The notes under the pieces are model-generated. The model did no database searches. It was not told the DNA's origin and was given only the letters and a program-made list of their open reading frames with translations. The translations under genes and the position numbers were made by a program. A stretch of DNA of 34,646 nt from a virus (taxonomy: Duplodnaviria > Caudoviricetes), in IMG/VR virus record IMGVR_UViG_3300033149_004647, positions 1 to 34,646 of that record; one strand, 5' to 3'. This document shows, piece after piece, positions 8,978-18,847 of this stretch (position 1 is its first letter; each line of letters opens with the position of its first letter).

Positions 8978-10363
8978 TTAATAAATATTACTTGCTCCAA
9001 AATAAGAATTGATCGAAAGAATCTCTGGCGTATTGTTTCCATTTGCGTAAAGTTCTACCCTCACTTCATAAACTTCGCCTTGCCCTTCTATTTGGAAGAT
9101 TGCCTTGGTTTCACCCACATCGGCAAATGACTCTGCATCGCCTTTTGCCATTTTCGTATCTATCCAATCTGAATCCTCATTTATTCGATATTTCACTTTA
9201 ATTGAACAACCTGATGGCAATGGTTTAGTAACTATTTTAATAAATCTAAAGAGTTTATCTTCGAATGGTCTGTCTGCATCAAATGATAGTCCTTCGTAAA
9301 CAGCATTAGCCTTATTGTTTAGATCAATGTTGTCTAATCCATAAGTTGAGCCATCTTTCCAAGAGACAAGAAGGTCATCTCCCCTCCCTAAAATTGCCCC
9401 GATCTCTACGCTTTTTGAATCAAAGTTTGCGATTGTAATTGGCGATGGTGTATATTCCAGATTTAATGCTACAGGATAATTCTTGTTTTTTTTGTGGTAA
9501 GAATAAACTCCATTTATGCAACCAAACAACATCTTACCTTTCCAAATATCAATTGCTCCGTGTCTTACTTGTGATGGTAATTCTTTTGCCCGTTCTACTA
9601 ATCCTTCTCGAAACCAGTAGAGAAGAGTTGGAGTAAAAATATAAGTTGCTCCAATTCCTCGTAAAAATGCATCAATGTCTCTTTCTTCCCAACCTTCTAC
9701 TGGATTATAAGATTCGGAAGCCAAATCCCAAGTGAACATTTCCGCTTTTTTGCTGTCTTTTGCCCCAATTAAAAGGTTAGGTCTTTGGAGGGTCAAACAT
9801 CGAACTACCCAGCCATAAAATAGATCTAATGCTTGATCATTCCATGTCTCGCTTGAGTTCAAGATAGCAATGTATCTACCATTACCAATACACATTAAAT
9901 CGCTCTTTGGGACAACGAATATAGGATGAAAACTACAAGAATTAAGAGTTTTCCAATTCGGATTAGCGTCAGCATTCCAGTCAGAAGAGGTTTCGATGCA
10001 TCTTCCTAACTTTCCCGAGGTTGTCCAATAAAGATAGCCATAAAAATAATCAGCATCTAAAATTGCTCCATTCGGGTCGGTGTAAATCTTGGTAACGGTT
10101 TCATTTACTATTTTGTAGACATTGCCTGCATCTCCAAATCCGTAGGATTTTGTCGATGTCACGGGGACAATTTTAATAATTAAATCTGTCACCGTGCTTC
10201 CACTTATCTTTTTTAATTTTTGGTTGCAGGATAGCGTGTTCGCTCCTTTTTTGTGGATGTTCAGATTCCAACCTCTTTTAAATGATCCTGCAACCCCTCT
10301 TTTTCCTTCATCAGCAAGACCACCTGCAAAATTATTAATTGTGTAAGAATTTAATGCTGGCAT
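8978..10363 (-). CDS. Podovirus tail nozzle/stabilisation protein (P22 gp10 or T7 gp12 position)
   Basis: 461 aa, N-terminal INNFAGGL, beta-propeller-like composition, KLFRFIKI near the C-terminus, directly after the adaptor. Confidence 0.6.
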   Translation of the reverse strand: MPALNSYTINNFAGGLADEGKRGVAGSFKRGWNLNIHKKGANTLSCNQKLKKISGSTVTDLIIKIVPVTSTKSYGFGDAGNVYKIVNETVTKIYTDPNGAILDADYFYGYLYWTTSGKLGRCIETSSDWNADANPNWKTLNSCSFHPIFVVPKSDLMCIGNGRYIAILNSSETWNDQALDLFYGWVVRCLTLQRPNLLIGAKDSKKAEMFTWDLASESYNPVEGWEERDIDAFLRGIGATYIFTPTLLYWFREGLVERAKELPSQVRHGAIDIWKGKMLFGCINGVYSYHKKNKNYPVALNLEYTPSPITIANFDSKSVEIGAILGRGDDLLVSWKDGSTYGLDNIDLNNKANAVYEGLSFDADRPFEDKLFRFIKIVTKPLPSGCSIKVKYRINEDSDWIDTKMAKGDAESFADVGETKAIFQIEGQGEVYEVRVELYANGNNTPEILSINSYFGASNIY

Positions 10364-10364
10364 A

Positions 10365-11024
10365 TTACATGAATCTTGTGCTCTTTGCCTTGCCTATGTA
10401 TCCTTTTGGACCTTCATTTTCTTCTCTGGTAACTAATCTTGCCAGAATTCCACCTGAGCCTGGCACTCTTGGGTTGGCTGGTGCTTCTACTTCCGCTATT
10501 TCTGCATTGGCTTCTGAATATCTCCTCTCTTTTTGTAGGCAAATGGCTAAAGCTAATTTAATAATTGCTTCGTCAAGTTCAGTCGGAGTAATGGCTTCGT
10601 CGTTATCATTCACTAATTTCTTCCATTTTCTTATTCCCCAAAGGTCTATTACTAAATCTGCTTCTTCTGGCGTCGGGTTGATGAAGTAAAAGCCGTCATG
10701 TGAAACAAAAACTTTATCCGTGCTTTCATTAGCTTTGTAGTTCTGATAATCGTCCCAGTTATTACATCTGGTATATTCTTTGCCATCTACTTCTAAATGG
10801 TATATGCTGTCTTCCTGGAACTCGTCTGGGTAATCGTAGTATTCCTGATTTGCTTTAGTTTTGGTCGTGACAGCATATTCTAAAGCCTTCCAGCGATGAT
10901 AATTGCAGACCCTTTCTCCTGCTTTGTTGATCCATTGCTTTTTCATTGCGTCAGTCCAAAATCCACTTACTTTGGCGGCTGCTATTCGATTATTTAGCTC
11001 TGTTAAAAATTCGCTTAATTTCAT
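10365..11024 (-). CDS. Head-tail adaptor/connector protein
   Basis: 219 aa with WIN..ERVC, YDYPDEF and DEAIIKLALA, typical of podovirus adaptors; synteny. Confidence 0.6.
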   Translation of the reverse strand: MKLSEFLTELNNRIAAAKVSGFWTDAMKKQWINKAGERVCNYHRWKALEYAVTTKTKANQEYYDYPDEFQEDSIYHLEVDGKEYTRCNNWDDYQNYKANESTDKVFVSHDGFYFINPTPEEADLVIDLWGIRKWKKLVNDNDEAITPTELDEAIIKLALAICLQKERRYSEANAEIAEVEAPANPRVPGSGGILARLVTREENEGPKGYIGKAKSTRFM

Positions 11025-11032
11025 TTTTTAAA

Positions 11033-14000
11033 TTAAAAATATTTATTTTGATACTGGGTCGACTTTTTGGAATATTTCTCGGAATAAGAATCTCCTTGTT
11101 TTAAAAATTTGCCCGAATAAATATTATTTTGTTTTAAATACTTTCCAGCATAAACTGGAGGCACTTTTATTCTGTCTACTCCTTCTCCAAAATCTTCTAT
11201 TAATATTCCAGGCAAGATTTCATGAATAATTTCTAAACCCAAACCGCTGTCAATTATATATAATTGATTGATGCACCTTATCACTTCTGTTCCTGCCCCG
11301 ACATCAGTAATTAATTTCTGCAGAAAAGTAATAATAGCTTCAGTTCCAATTCCCGTGTCTTGCATTACTATTTTTGCCAAAACCTGTAGAACAGATATTG
11401 CTATTCCATTATCTTGAATTATTAAGTTAATTAATGTCTGAATTGCTTCTGTTCCTGTTCCAGAATCAGTCAGGGCTATTAGAACTAATACCGCAACAGC
11501 ATCTGTACTTGTCCCAGTATCTGTAATTGCCAGCCTGTTTAAGATGTTTATAATCTCTGTGCCGATTCCTGTATCCGAAGTCGCCATTCTGATAAGAAAA
11601 GAAATGGCATCAGTCCCAACACCACTATCTTGAACAAACTTTTCTGCTCCAGAGGTAAAAATATGATCTATTCCCATTCCTACTTCGCTAATAGCCAGTT
11701 GGACTAAAATGGTTAAAGCTTCAGCAGCTAATCCGCTATCGCTGATTGCTATTTTCCTTAAAATCTCTAACGCGTCTGCCGCTGCTCCCGAATCGCTGAT
11801 CGCTATTTGCTTTAACACTTCTATTACCTCTGTCCCCAAACCTGAATCCGACAATGCTATCTGGCTTAAAATATCAATCGCGTCTGCCGCTCCTGCCGAA
11901 TCGGAAACCGCTATCCTTGCCAGAATACTCAGCACTTCTACCCCAACTCCCGACTCTTGAATCAATTTTGCGTATCCTTTAAAAACTGAAACCCTTTCAA
12001 AATTCCTGTCTATTGTCCAAGCCTCTGTCGCCTGTGCCATTTCTGACATCAAAAGTTGTCTGATTGCGAGAATCGTACTTGCTCCAACTCCGCTGTCAGC
12101 TAAGGCAATGTTTACTAAAATAACTAATGCCTCGCTTGCTAATCCTGAATCATTAACGGCGATCTGGCTCAAGATGCTTAATACCTCCGCTCCCGAACTA
12201 CTATCAGATACCGCTATTCTTTTCAGAATCTTCAACACATCTGATCCCGCACCACTATCGCTTAGATCAATTTTGCTTAGGATATTTAAAATCTCGCTTC
12301 CTGACCCAGAATCAGTTTGTAAAATTCGGGAAAGAATATTGATAATTTCGCTTCCAATTCCGCTATCACTGACTTCTTTCTGGGCAATTCCCATATTTAC
12401 TGTTATTTCCCCTGTTCCTGTCCCGCTTTCCTGTAAAATTAATTGAGCCAAGATATTTATCACTTCACTGGTTATTCCTAAATCACTCAAGATAATTTTC
12501 GCTAATACCTGAAACGTTTCTGTTCCTTCTCCGCTATCTTGGGCTATTATTTTTGAAAGAATATTAATTGCTTCTGTTCCTGCTGCCGTATCTGTCAAAG
12601 CTAATTGGGCTAAAATATTAATCGCATCTGCTCCAGTTCCTGCATCGCTTAAAGCTATCTGAGCAAGAATATTCAATGCTTCAGTTGCCATCCCTGAATC
12701 AGCAATCAGCAATTTTGTCATCAGATTTATAATATCTGTTCCGTTTCCTGTTTCTAAAATTGTCTTTGTTTGTGCTGTCGCTATCGCATCTGCTCCGCTT
12801 CCTGTCTCTTGTAATAATAATTTTCCTAAAATTCCCAGAATTCCTGCTCCCTCTCCTGAATCTTGTAGTCCCACTTTAACCGCTATTGAAACTGCTTCTG
12901 TTCCTGTTCCAGAATCGGAAGCTTGTTTTTGGGTTGCGCCTCCTCCCGTCGTTACTTCTAAATAAGGAGCATCATCTGAATCTGCTGTATAAAAAGTGAC
13001 CCAGTCATAGCCCATCTGTCCAAATCCTGGCTCGTTGTCATCTGCATCAAAATAGCTTATTATTGCTATATCTGTATAGCCATATTTATTTATTGGAGAA
13101 TAGTCAGTTAGTTCCCACTCATACCAAGTATAGGAAGACGAAAAGTCAGAAGTATCTTTATCGTTTGCTATTCTTGCTCCGCTTAAATCAAGATTTCCAA
13201 AGTCATCTAAAGTAATTCCATACGAAGGGTCATCTAACCAAGCATCAACCATCGCCATATAACCATCAAAATTATCTATCCAGTAATTTTCTGTTTTTAT
13301 GTTTAGAGTTGCTGAAACAACATCTTCATTATCTGGAATTCCAGTAGTATCAAAAATTAGAAAATTTCTGTAAAACATAACACTTTTATAAGATTCGTCC
13401 CAATAATAATATAATCCTGTATAAGCTACTCCTTCAGTATAATAAGCATAAGTTCCTGTTTGAGCATTGCGAATGGTATTCCAATCAGAGTTGTAGTTTT
13501 CAATCGTGCCATCTCCTGTATCCCCATAATAAGTTGTCGGGTGGTCGGTATAGAGAGGATAAACAGCTTTTTCTAAAATGTCTTTAGTTATTGTTTTCCT
13601 TAAATATACTTTCCCATCTTTAACATAAAGCTCAATATCTACTGGCTTGCTTATACCCTTTGGCTTGCTAATACCCTTTGCCCTACCACTATCCCACACT
13701 TTCGCATTTCTAAAGAAGCTTTTCTTTCCGTTTTTCTCAATTGAAATTGTCTTATCCTTGAACTTGTAGATTTTGCTTTTGTTCCATTTGTTTCCTTTTC
13801 TGTCTTTAATTTCAGCTCCTTCTGGCAATTCTAACTCAAAATCAAAAGTTAAATCCTCTAGCTTTTCTGGTTTTTTATTTATGACAATTATTTTATCTAA
13901 CCCATACCATTTTGCTTTAACTTTTAAATCAATTCCCTTTCCAAAGGCATCTTTGTATAGAACACTTTTTTTATCCTCTCCTATAACTCCCTTGACGTGT

Positions 14001-14296
14001 TCTGCCAGCGCTTTTGCTTTTATGGCGAAGTTTGCTCCCTCGTAATTATTAAAAAACTCAAATACTCCATCGGCGTATTCGGGAATTTGGCAATGGTAAG
14101 ATGCTTTATTTTGTTTCCATAAATTTTTATCAAAGAACAAGGTTGTATCTATCTCTTTAAATTCGCTTCCGTCTTTATAATGTTTATGGGCTGAATAAAA
14201 TCTGTATAGTTTTTTTCCATTACCCAAATCAAAGACCTTGCGCGTATAACTCCGTCTCTCAACAATCTCTTTTAATTTTTTGTCTTCTTTTGGCAT
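11033..14296 (-). CDS. Large virion appendage protein: N-terminal beta domains plus about 30 repeats of ~18 aa
   Basis: 1087 aa; RNFLIFDTTGIP..VVSATL..APYLEVT resembles DNRLRE-like domains; C-terminal half is repeats of (S/Q)DSGxGxEx(I/L)xILxxI. Confidence 0.6.
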   Translation of the reverse strand: MPKEDKKLKEIVERRSYTRKVFDLGNGKKLYRFYSAHKHYKDGSEFKEIDTTLFFDKNLWKQNKASYHCQIPEYADGVFEFFNNYEGANFAIKAKALAEHVKGVIGEDKKSVLYKDAFGKGIDLKVKAKWYGLDKIIVINKKPEKLEDLTFDFELELPEGAEIKDRKGNKWNKSKIYKFKDKTISIEKNGKKSFFRNAKVWDSGRAKGISKPKGISKPVDIELYVKDGKVYLRKTITKDILEKAVYPLYTDHPTTYYGDTGDGTIENYNSDWNTIRNAQTGTYAYYTEGVAYTGLYYYWDESYKSVMFYRNFLIFDTTGIPDNEDVVSATLNIKTENYWIDNFDGYMAMVDAWLDDPSYGITLDDFGNLDLSGARIANDKDTSDFSSSYTWYEWELTDYSPINKYGYTDIAIISYFDADDNEPGFGQMGYDWVTFYTADSDDAPYLEVTTGGGATQKQASDSGTGTEAVSIAVKVGLQDSGEGAGILGILGKLLLQETGSGADAIATAQTKTILETGNGTDIINLMTKLLIADSGMATEALNILAQIALSDAGTGADAINILAQLALTDTAAGTEAINILSKIIAQDSGEGTETFQVLAKIILSDLGITSEVINILAQLILQESGTGTGEITVNMGIAQKEVSDSGIGSEIINILSRILQTDSGSGSEILNILSKIDLSDSGAGSDVLKILKRIAVSDSSSGAEVLSILSQIAVNDSGLASEALVILVNIALADSGVGASTILAIRQLLMSEMAQATEAWTIDRNFERVSVFKGYAKLIQESGVGVEVLSILARIAVSDSAGAADAIDILSQIALSDSGLGTEVIEVLKQIAISDSGAAADALEILRKIAISDSGLAAEALTILVQLAISEVGMGIDHIFTSGAEKFVQDSGVGTDAISFLIRMATSDTGIGTEIINILNRLAITDTGTSTDAVAVLVLIALTDSGTGTEAIQTLINLIIQDNGIAISVLQVLAKIVMQDTGIGTEAIITFLQKLITDVGAGTEVIRCINQLYIIDSGLGLEIIHEILPGILIEDFGEGVDRIKVPPVYAGKYLKQNNIYSGKFLKQGDSYSEKYSKKSTQYQNKYF

Positions 14297-14302
14297 TTTA
14301 TT

Positions 14303-14956
14303 TCAAAAATGGGAAACACTTGGCAAATTTTCATCTTGAACTGTCTTCTGATAAGGCTCTATTTTCTCGGGCACCTCTGTCCCTTGTCCTGAATCGCTTA
14401 ATCCTATTTGCGATTTCACTTTAATTGTTTCTGCTCCTTGACTTGAATCGGAAACTGTCTTTACTGGATTACCCCACTCTTCAAACATACAGTCATAGCC
14501 CGCATCAAGAGCCCAACTAACTCCACTATCAGAAGATTGAGCATAACTTCCTCCTTCATAAGTAGGACTGGAATAATCTATCCACCAAAAGAGCCTGTTA
14601 TCTCCATCGCTATTAGGAGCTCTAACAACTATGGCATATTTTATATTTGCCATTAACTGAACAGAAGAACTAAAATTAATTTCTCGCCATTCTTTTTCAG
14701 TGTATTCGGGTAAAGTATTTCCATTGGTAGTCCCAGAACATAAATCATCTCCAGTCGGTTTCCCATCTTCATCAGTGGCTCTAATGGAAACCATAATCGT
14801 GCCTGGGTTTCCTCCTGATTTCCGTGATAATAATAATTTTACGCTTGTTATTTTATGCGTAGCTTGAGGAGTAAAGGTTTGAGCCTTCCAATTAACGCCA
14901 TAAACTGAACTTCCTATCTCTTCTCCCTCATTATAATGTTCAAAAAGTTGCGCCAT
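14303..14956 (-). CDS. Virion structural/adhesin-like beta-sandwich protein
   Basis: 217 aa; AQTFTP..ITSVKL..KYAIVV..YEGG..SW; C-terminus has two copies of the SDSGxG repeat. Confidence 0.5.
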   Translation of the reverse strand: MAQLFEHYNEGEEIGSSVYGVNWKAQTFTPQATHKITSVKLLLSRKSGGNPGTIMVSIRATDEDGKPTGDDLCSGTTNGNTLPEYTEKEWREINFSSSVQLMANIKYAIVVRAPNSDGDNRLFWWIDYSSPTYEGGSYAQSSDSGVSWALDAGYDCMFEEWGNPVKTVSDSSQGAETIKVKSQIGLSDSGQGTEVPEKIEPYQKTVQDENLPSVSHF

Positions 14957-15055
14957 AATAATTCAAAATCAAATTATTTCATCGGCTAATCTATATCAAA
15001 CTACAACCTAACCCAAAAGCACATATTTCAAACTCTTTCATTAGCTTTTGAGTAT

Positions 15056-15562
15056 TTAGGAAAGAGTTATCTCTAAAGTAAGTTCCCAAGTCTGACCAGA
15101 TGTCTTTGTCCCCTGTGCTGATACCTTTCGGTTAAGGTTCTTGGCACTATCCGAGCTTCCATTTGCTACAGTAAATTCATTCCAATCAAAGTTGGCTTCG
15201 TCTGAACCGAAACTGGCTTTCCAAGTGGCTTTCTGGTTTGAACCATAGGTTGGGTAGCCACTTTCCATTCCCTTGTAGAGTTTATTCGTTCCTTGTAATC
15301 CTGTCTGGCTGGCATCTTCAGCAGCGTTGGAGTCTCCGACTCCTAAATAAGCATTAGTGTTATCAAACTTTGTACCGCCAGAAGAACAAAGGATAGTCCA
15401 AAGCTCATTAATTCCTTCGTTCAGCATTACATTTCCTTCAAATTTTTTTACTTCGTATGGTTTACCTGCTTTATAATCTTTGTCGTTCCTGTACTTCGTG
15501 ATTGTCCATTCCACCTTTTTCACCAACTTTTCGATGATTGCTCTTTTTTGATCTACATTCAT
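15056..15562 (-). CDS. Phage structural (tail/collar) protein
   Basis: Start moved to MNVDQK (15562); EGNVMLNEG..YLGVGD..EANFDWNEF..LNRKV resembles phage structural proteins. Confidence 0.6.
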   Translation of the reverse strand: MNVDQKRAIIEKLVKKVEWTITKYRNDKDYKAGKPYEVKKFEGNVMLNEGINELWTILCSSGGTKFDNTNAYLGVGDSNAAEDASQTGLQGTNKLYKGMESGYPTYGSNQKATWKASFGSDEANFDWNEFTVANGSSDSAKNLNRKVSAQGTKTSGQTWELTLEITLS

Positions 15563-15563
15563 G

Positions 15564-15722
15564 TTATTCTTCCTCTTCGAGTTTCTTCGCCACCTCTCTA
15601 GCTGATTCAACGAATTTTTCAGCAAGAGAAATGGGAATTTCCCGATAGGCGTCAACAGTAGGATCATACATCGAAACCATCTTTTCTTTTTCTTTTATTT
15701 CTTCTTTCTTTTTTTTGGGCAT
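15564..15722 (-). CDS. Small hypothetical protein (52 aa; not in ORF track)
   Basis: MPKKKKEEIKEKEKMVSMYDPTVDAYREIPISLAEKFVESAREVAKKLEEEE; AAAGGTCG 33 nt upstream; stop 1 nt before the next ATG. Confidence 0.7.
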   Translation of the reverse strand: MPKKKKEEIKEKEKMVSMYDPTVDAYREIPISLAEKFVESAREVAKKLEEEE

Positions 15723-15796
15723 AATTTTATTTGATCCTATTTAATTTAATTTACTCGACCTTTGGGGGTGGGAATTGTTCCCACTAAAAGCCTACT

Positions 15797-16204
15797 CTAA
15801 AAAGCAGGCTTCTCTTTTTTTAACTTTTTTCTTCCTGTTTTTGCTTTCTTGGGAATACTCGACCCTTCTTCTAAAGCCTTCTCTTTCTTTACCAACTCTT
15901 CTTCTTTGGCTTTTAACTCTGCTTCTTTGGTTTCTAAATCTTTAAACTGTTTTTCTATAGCTTTCTGAAGATCTTTTTGAAGGTCTTTTTCTGTTACCTT
16001 AATAAAAATCGTACCGAGGTTTGGATGATTATCTAAAAATTTAATCTCATCTGGATCATCAGTTTCGTATACCCCTTGCACAAATCTAATTGATTTACCT
16101 GGCACGACTACAATTCTTCCTTCCACCTCTTTGGTGTAAGAAGGCTTAACAACTAATTTTAAACTACGATATTTTGAAATATATTTTGCCTTTTCCTTTG
16201 GCAT
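15797..16204 (-). CDS. Hypothetical head-associated protein
   Basis: 135 aa directly after the major capsid gene; motif 31 nt upstream. Confidence 0.65.
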   Translation of the reverse strand: MPKEKAKYISKYRSLKLVVKPSYTKEVEGRIVVVPGKSIRFVQGVYETDDPDEIKFLDNHPNLGTIFIKVTEKDLQKDLQKAIEKQFKDLETKEAELKAKEEELVKKEKALEEGSSIPKKAKTGRKKLKKEKPAF

Positions 16205-16250
16205 GTTTTTTTTATTTATTTTTAATTAATAATTTCGACCTTTTTGCTGA

Positions 16251-16284
16251 TTGTCACTCTGCTTCGGGAGGATCAGAGTGACAA
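16251..16284 (-). terminator. Stem-loop after the major capsid gene (terminator or mRNA stabiliser)
   Basis: ttgtcactctg/cagagtgacaa 11-bp inverted repeat; no U-tract on the - strand. Confidence 0.5.
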
Positions 16285-16316
16285 ATCCCCCCGAAGAACC
16301 AGCACAAGGTTTTGGT

Positions 16317-17489
16317 TTAGAGGCTTGCTTTGCTCATTATGGCGTGTCTTTCCTCTTGCTCCATCATTAATCCGCATTCAGTCAAGTATTCGTCTACTCT
16401 TTCGTCATCGCCTGGATTCTGTCTATTGGTTAAAAGCTTGGTGTCTCTATCCTTCAAATAACGGTAAGTCAAGCATTCCATATCAAGAGCAATGGCGTAG
16501 TTCCCGTATGGAGTTCCAGTCAATAGCGGATGTTTGATGATATTAAGCGTTCCATGCGGTGAGACATATCTTAAAATCTGAATTCCATAAGTCTTTTCTT
16601 TGCTGACCATCTGAATCTTGCTTTTTGCCCAGCCATTAATCATTGAGACCACTGCTGCTGAAGCAAATAGGTATTTTTCGGTATTACCGTGAGCAAATAC
16701 GTCTTCTAACCAAGTTTCGAACTCAGCTTCAGTATCAACATTTGCAGTGGCATAGGTACTAATGACATTCAAAATTCCTTCAGTAAATCTCTTTGGATGA
16801 GTTCCAGAAGTGTCTTTGTGTTTCTTGCTGAAGAGGAACGCTCTTTCAATATCTACCATGTGCTCGATTCCTTTTTTTCTTCTTTGATAATCAAAGTCGT
16901 TTTCTCTAATTAAGGTCTCAGTTTTTCTGGCGGTTTCAGTCACACCAAATGGGGTTCTGAAAATTTGGCAGTAGCCAACTTTCTCAGTAGGAGTTGTGCT
17001 CTTAATATCTCTCAATCCAGCCCCTTCTTCGTTAACATTGCCGATAATCCAAACCTTATTTCCAGAAATATCAGTCGCACTTCCTGTTGCCCCGCCTATT
17101 TCTGCTCCAACGGTCAACGTGTCGTTTGAAACAGCAGTTACCTCAAATACCCATTTTTGTTCAGAAATCAAAATTACATCGCCTGCTTGAAAATAAGCTC
17201 CCTCGCCAGTTGTTACATCAAAGTTTCCGCCTGCATCTGGGTCAAGGGTTTGGCTGGCTGCTACCGTTGCCTCTCTCTTACCAAAGGTGTCCTCATACCA
17301 TTTAAATTCGGGGTCGGTTGTTTCTTTCTTTTTTAAAGCCTTCCCTTGCTTGGTTACTGGATCTTTCCCTGCGTTGGTCAGAATAGCTAAAATCGGATAG
17401 CGATTAACATCCAAAAGAGAAATCACATCCGCTACGTCGTATTTTCGCGCCGATAATGAGGCTGTGCCTCTTGTTCCTGTTGCGGGCAT
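16317..17489 (-). CDS. Major capsid protein (HK97 fold, DUF5309/SU10-like)
   Basis: 390 aa; FKWYED, GYCQIFRT, HMVDIERAFLF, YVSPHG, EYLTECGL; follows the scaffold. Confidence 0.85.
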   Translation of the reverse strand: MPATGTRGTASLSARKYDVADVISLLDVNRYPILAILTNAGKDPVTKQGKALKKKETTDPEFKWYEDTFGKREATVAASQTLDPDAGGNFDVTTGEGAYFQAGDVILISEQKWVFEVTAVSNDTLTVGAEIGGATGSATDISGNKVWIIGNVNEEGAGLRDIKSTTPTEKVGYCQIFRTPFGVTETARKTETLIRENDFDYQRRKKGIEHMVDIERAFLFSKKHKDTSGTHPKRFTEGILNVISTYATANVDTEAEFETWLEDVFAHGNTEKYLFASAAVVSMINGWAKSKIQMVSKEKTYGIQILRYVSPHGTLNIIKHPLLTGTPYGNYAIALDMECLTYRYLKDRDTKLLTNRQNPGDDERVDEYLTECGLMMEQEERHAIMSKASL

Positions 17490-17633
17490 ATTTTATCCAT
17501 TTTTATCTGGTTAATTGACGAGAAGTTCGACGAGGCTTCTCGGCAACAGTTTGGATTATCGTTGAGTTCTCTGCCCTTGGCAGGCTCTACGGTCAGGGAT
17601 GTTGCAATCCCTTTAATTTGTATTGAATTGTAT

Positions 17634-18440
17634 TTAAATCCCGAGCCCTCCTAATTCGCCCGTGTTTCCTCCCGCCAACATTCCTTCTTTAATTCTTTCT
17701 TCTTCAGTCAACTCTCCTCCAGCTGGTGCTGCTCCAGTTCCTATTTCAACTTGAGCCCTTGCTTTCTTAAGCTTCTCTTTTTCTTCTTTGTCTGGCTCTT
17801 TTTTGCCTCCTCCAATTAAACTATCAACTTTAGCGCAAGCATCCTTTAATTTTATTGTTTTGCCTTTTGAGGCGGCTGATTCGATAATTGCCAGCACTAA
17901 TTCCCGATACTCCGAACTGGTCTTAAGAAGGGGATGGCTTTTCTGCGCTTCTCTAATCTCATCTCTTACTGCTGCTCTAATTTTTGAACTATCCTCATAA
18001 ATTTTCCTTGCTTTTTCTTCTGCTCTTTTTTCTACTTCTTTAAGAATCCACTTAGCGAATTCCTCTGGTGTCATTGAAGCAAAATCAATCTTTTCCTCTG
18101 TTGTTGGAGGCGTTTCTTCAAATTCTTCCTCTTCCTCACCTTCTTTTGGTTCAGCAAACTCTTCTCCTTCTCTTTCTTTTAATATTTCTTCGGCTTTTTC
18201 TTTTGCTTTTTTCTCAATCATCTTCTCTAACTCTGTATAAGACCTTGCTATTTCCTCTGCTGATTTGCCCTTAAATTTGTCGGGCATCTGGAATTCTTCG
18301 CCTCCCTCCTCGGTTCCCCCTTCTTCTTCGTTTTTTTCTTCCTCACTTTCTTCCTTTTCTTCTTCCTCTTTTTTTTCTTCTTCCTCTTCTTCGTTGGGGT
18401 TTTCGAGTTGGGATTTGAGTTCCTCGGTGTTCTCCGACAT
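17634..18440 (-). CDS. Capsid scaffolding protein
   Basis: Highly acidic N-terminus, PDKFKGKSAEEIARSYTELEK; immediately upstream of the capsid gene; start at MSENTEE. Confidence 0.75.
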   Translation of the reverse strand: MSENTEELKSQLENPNEEEEEEKKEEEEKEESEEEKNEEEGGTEEGGEEFQMPDKFKGKSAEEIARSYTELEKMIEKKAKEKAEEILKEREGEEFAEPKEGEEEEEFEETPPTTEEKIDFASMTPEEFAKWILKEVEKRAEEKARKIYEDSSKIRAAVRDEIREAQKSHPLLKTSSEYRELVLAIIESAASKGKTIKLKDACAKVDSLIGGGKKEPDKEEKEKLKKARAQVEIGTGAAPAGGELTEEERIKEGMLAGGNTGELGGLGI

Positions 18441-18629
18441 GGTATAATTATATTTGGCACACAAAAAGCGGTTAGTTGGTCTCTGGCTGCTTGGCGTGTG
18501 CCTTTTAATTATTATTTTCGACCTTTATGCTTTGGCTATTACTTTAGCTCCACGACTCAGTCTTTTCCGTCCACCCTTTCCTTCAACAATTTTCGTTTTC
18601 GGAAAGTATTTATTTAGCAATCTTCATTT

Positions 18630-18842
18630 TTAAGCCAATTGTTTTTTAAATTCCTCTGATCGAGTAATAGTTGATTTGCATAAAGCAATAGCTGATTGTT
18701 TTTTAGTTCTTCCTTTCTGTGGTTTAAAATCTGGATCAGACAGTAAATCATTAACACATTTTTCAATTCGCCTGCTTATTTTCCTGCCCAGTTTTGTCTT
18801 TTCTTCCCATTGTTTAGTTTTGCCCTTGATTCCGTAAGGCAT
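18630..18842 (-). CDS. Small basic phage protein
   Basis: 70 aa, MPY..KCV..SAIALCK, in the head region. Confidence 0.6.
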   Translation of the reverse strand: MPYGIKGKTKQWEEKTKLGRKISRRIEKCVNDLLSDPDFKPQKGRTKKQSAIALCKSTITRSEEFKKQLA

Positions 18843-18847
18843 AGTTT

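Noticed and set aside
13643-13678. 18-bp tandem duplication (KGISKP twice)
   Set aside because: Real but a trivial in-frame slippage with no functional inference
7588-14956. Diversity-generating retroelement targeting the fibre genes
   Set aside because: No reverse transcriptase and no template/variable repeat pair with adenine-specific mismatches seen
15563-15667. ORF-track N-terminal extensions (also 21517-21630, 28578-28640, 8977-9042)
   Set aside because: They overlap better-supported ORFs or RNA hairpins; the downstream ATGs fit gene packing
18248-18460. Alternate-frame Lys-rich ORF inside the scaffold gene (also 20886-21107 and 30388-30654)
   Set aside because: Frame-shifted reading of GAA-rich or structured sequence, with no independent support
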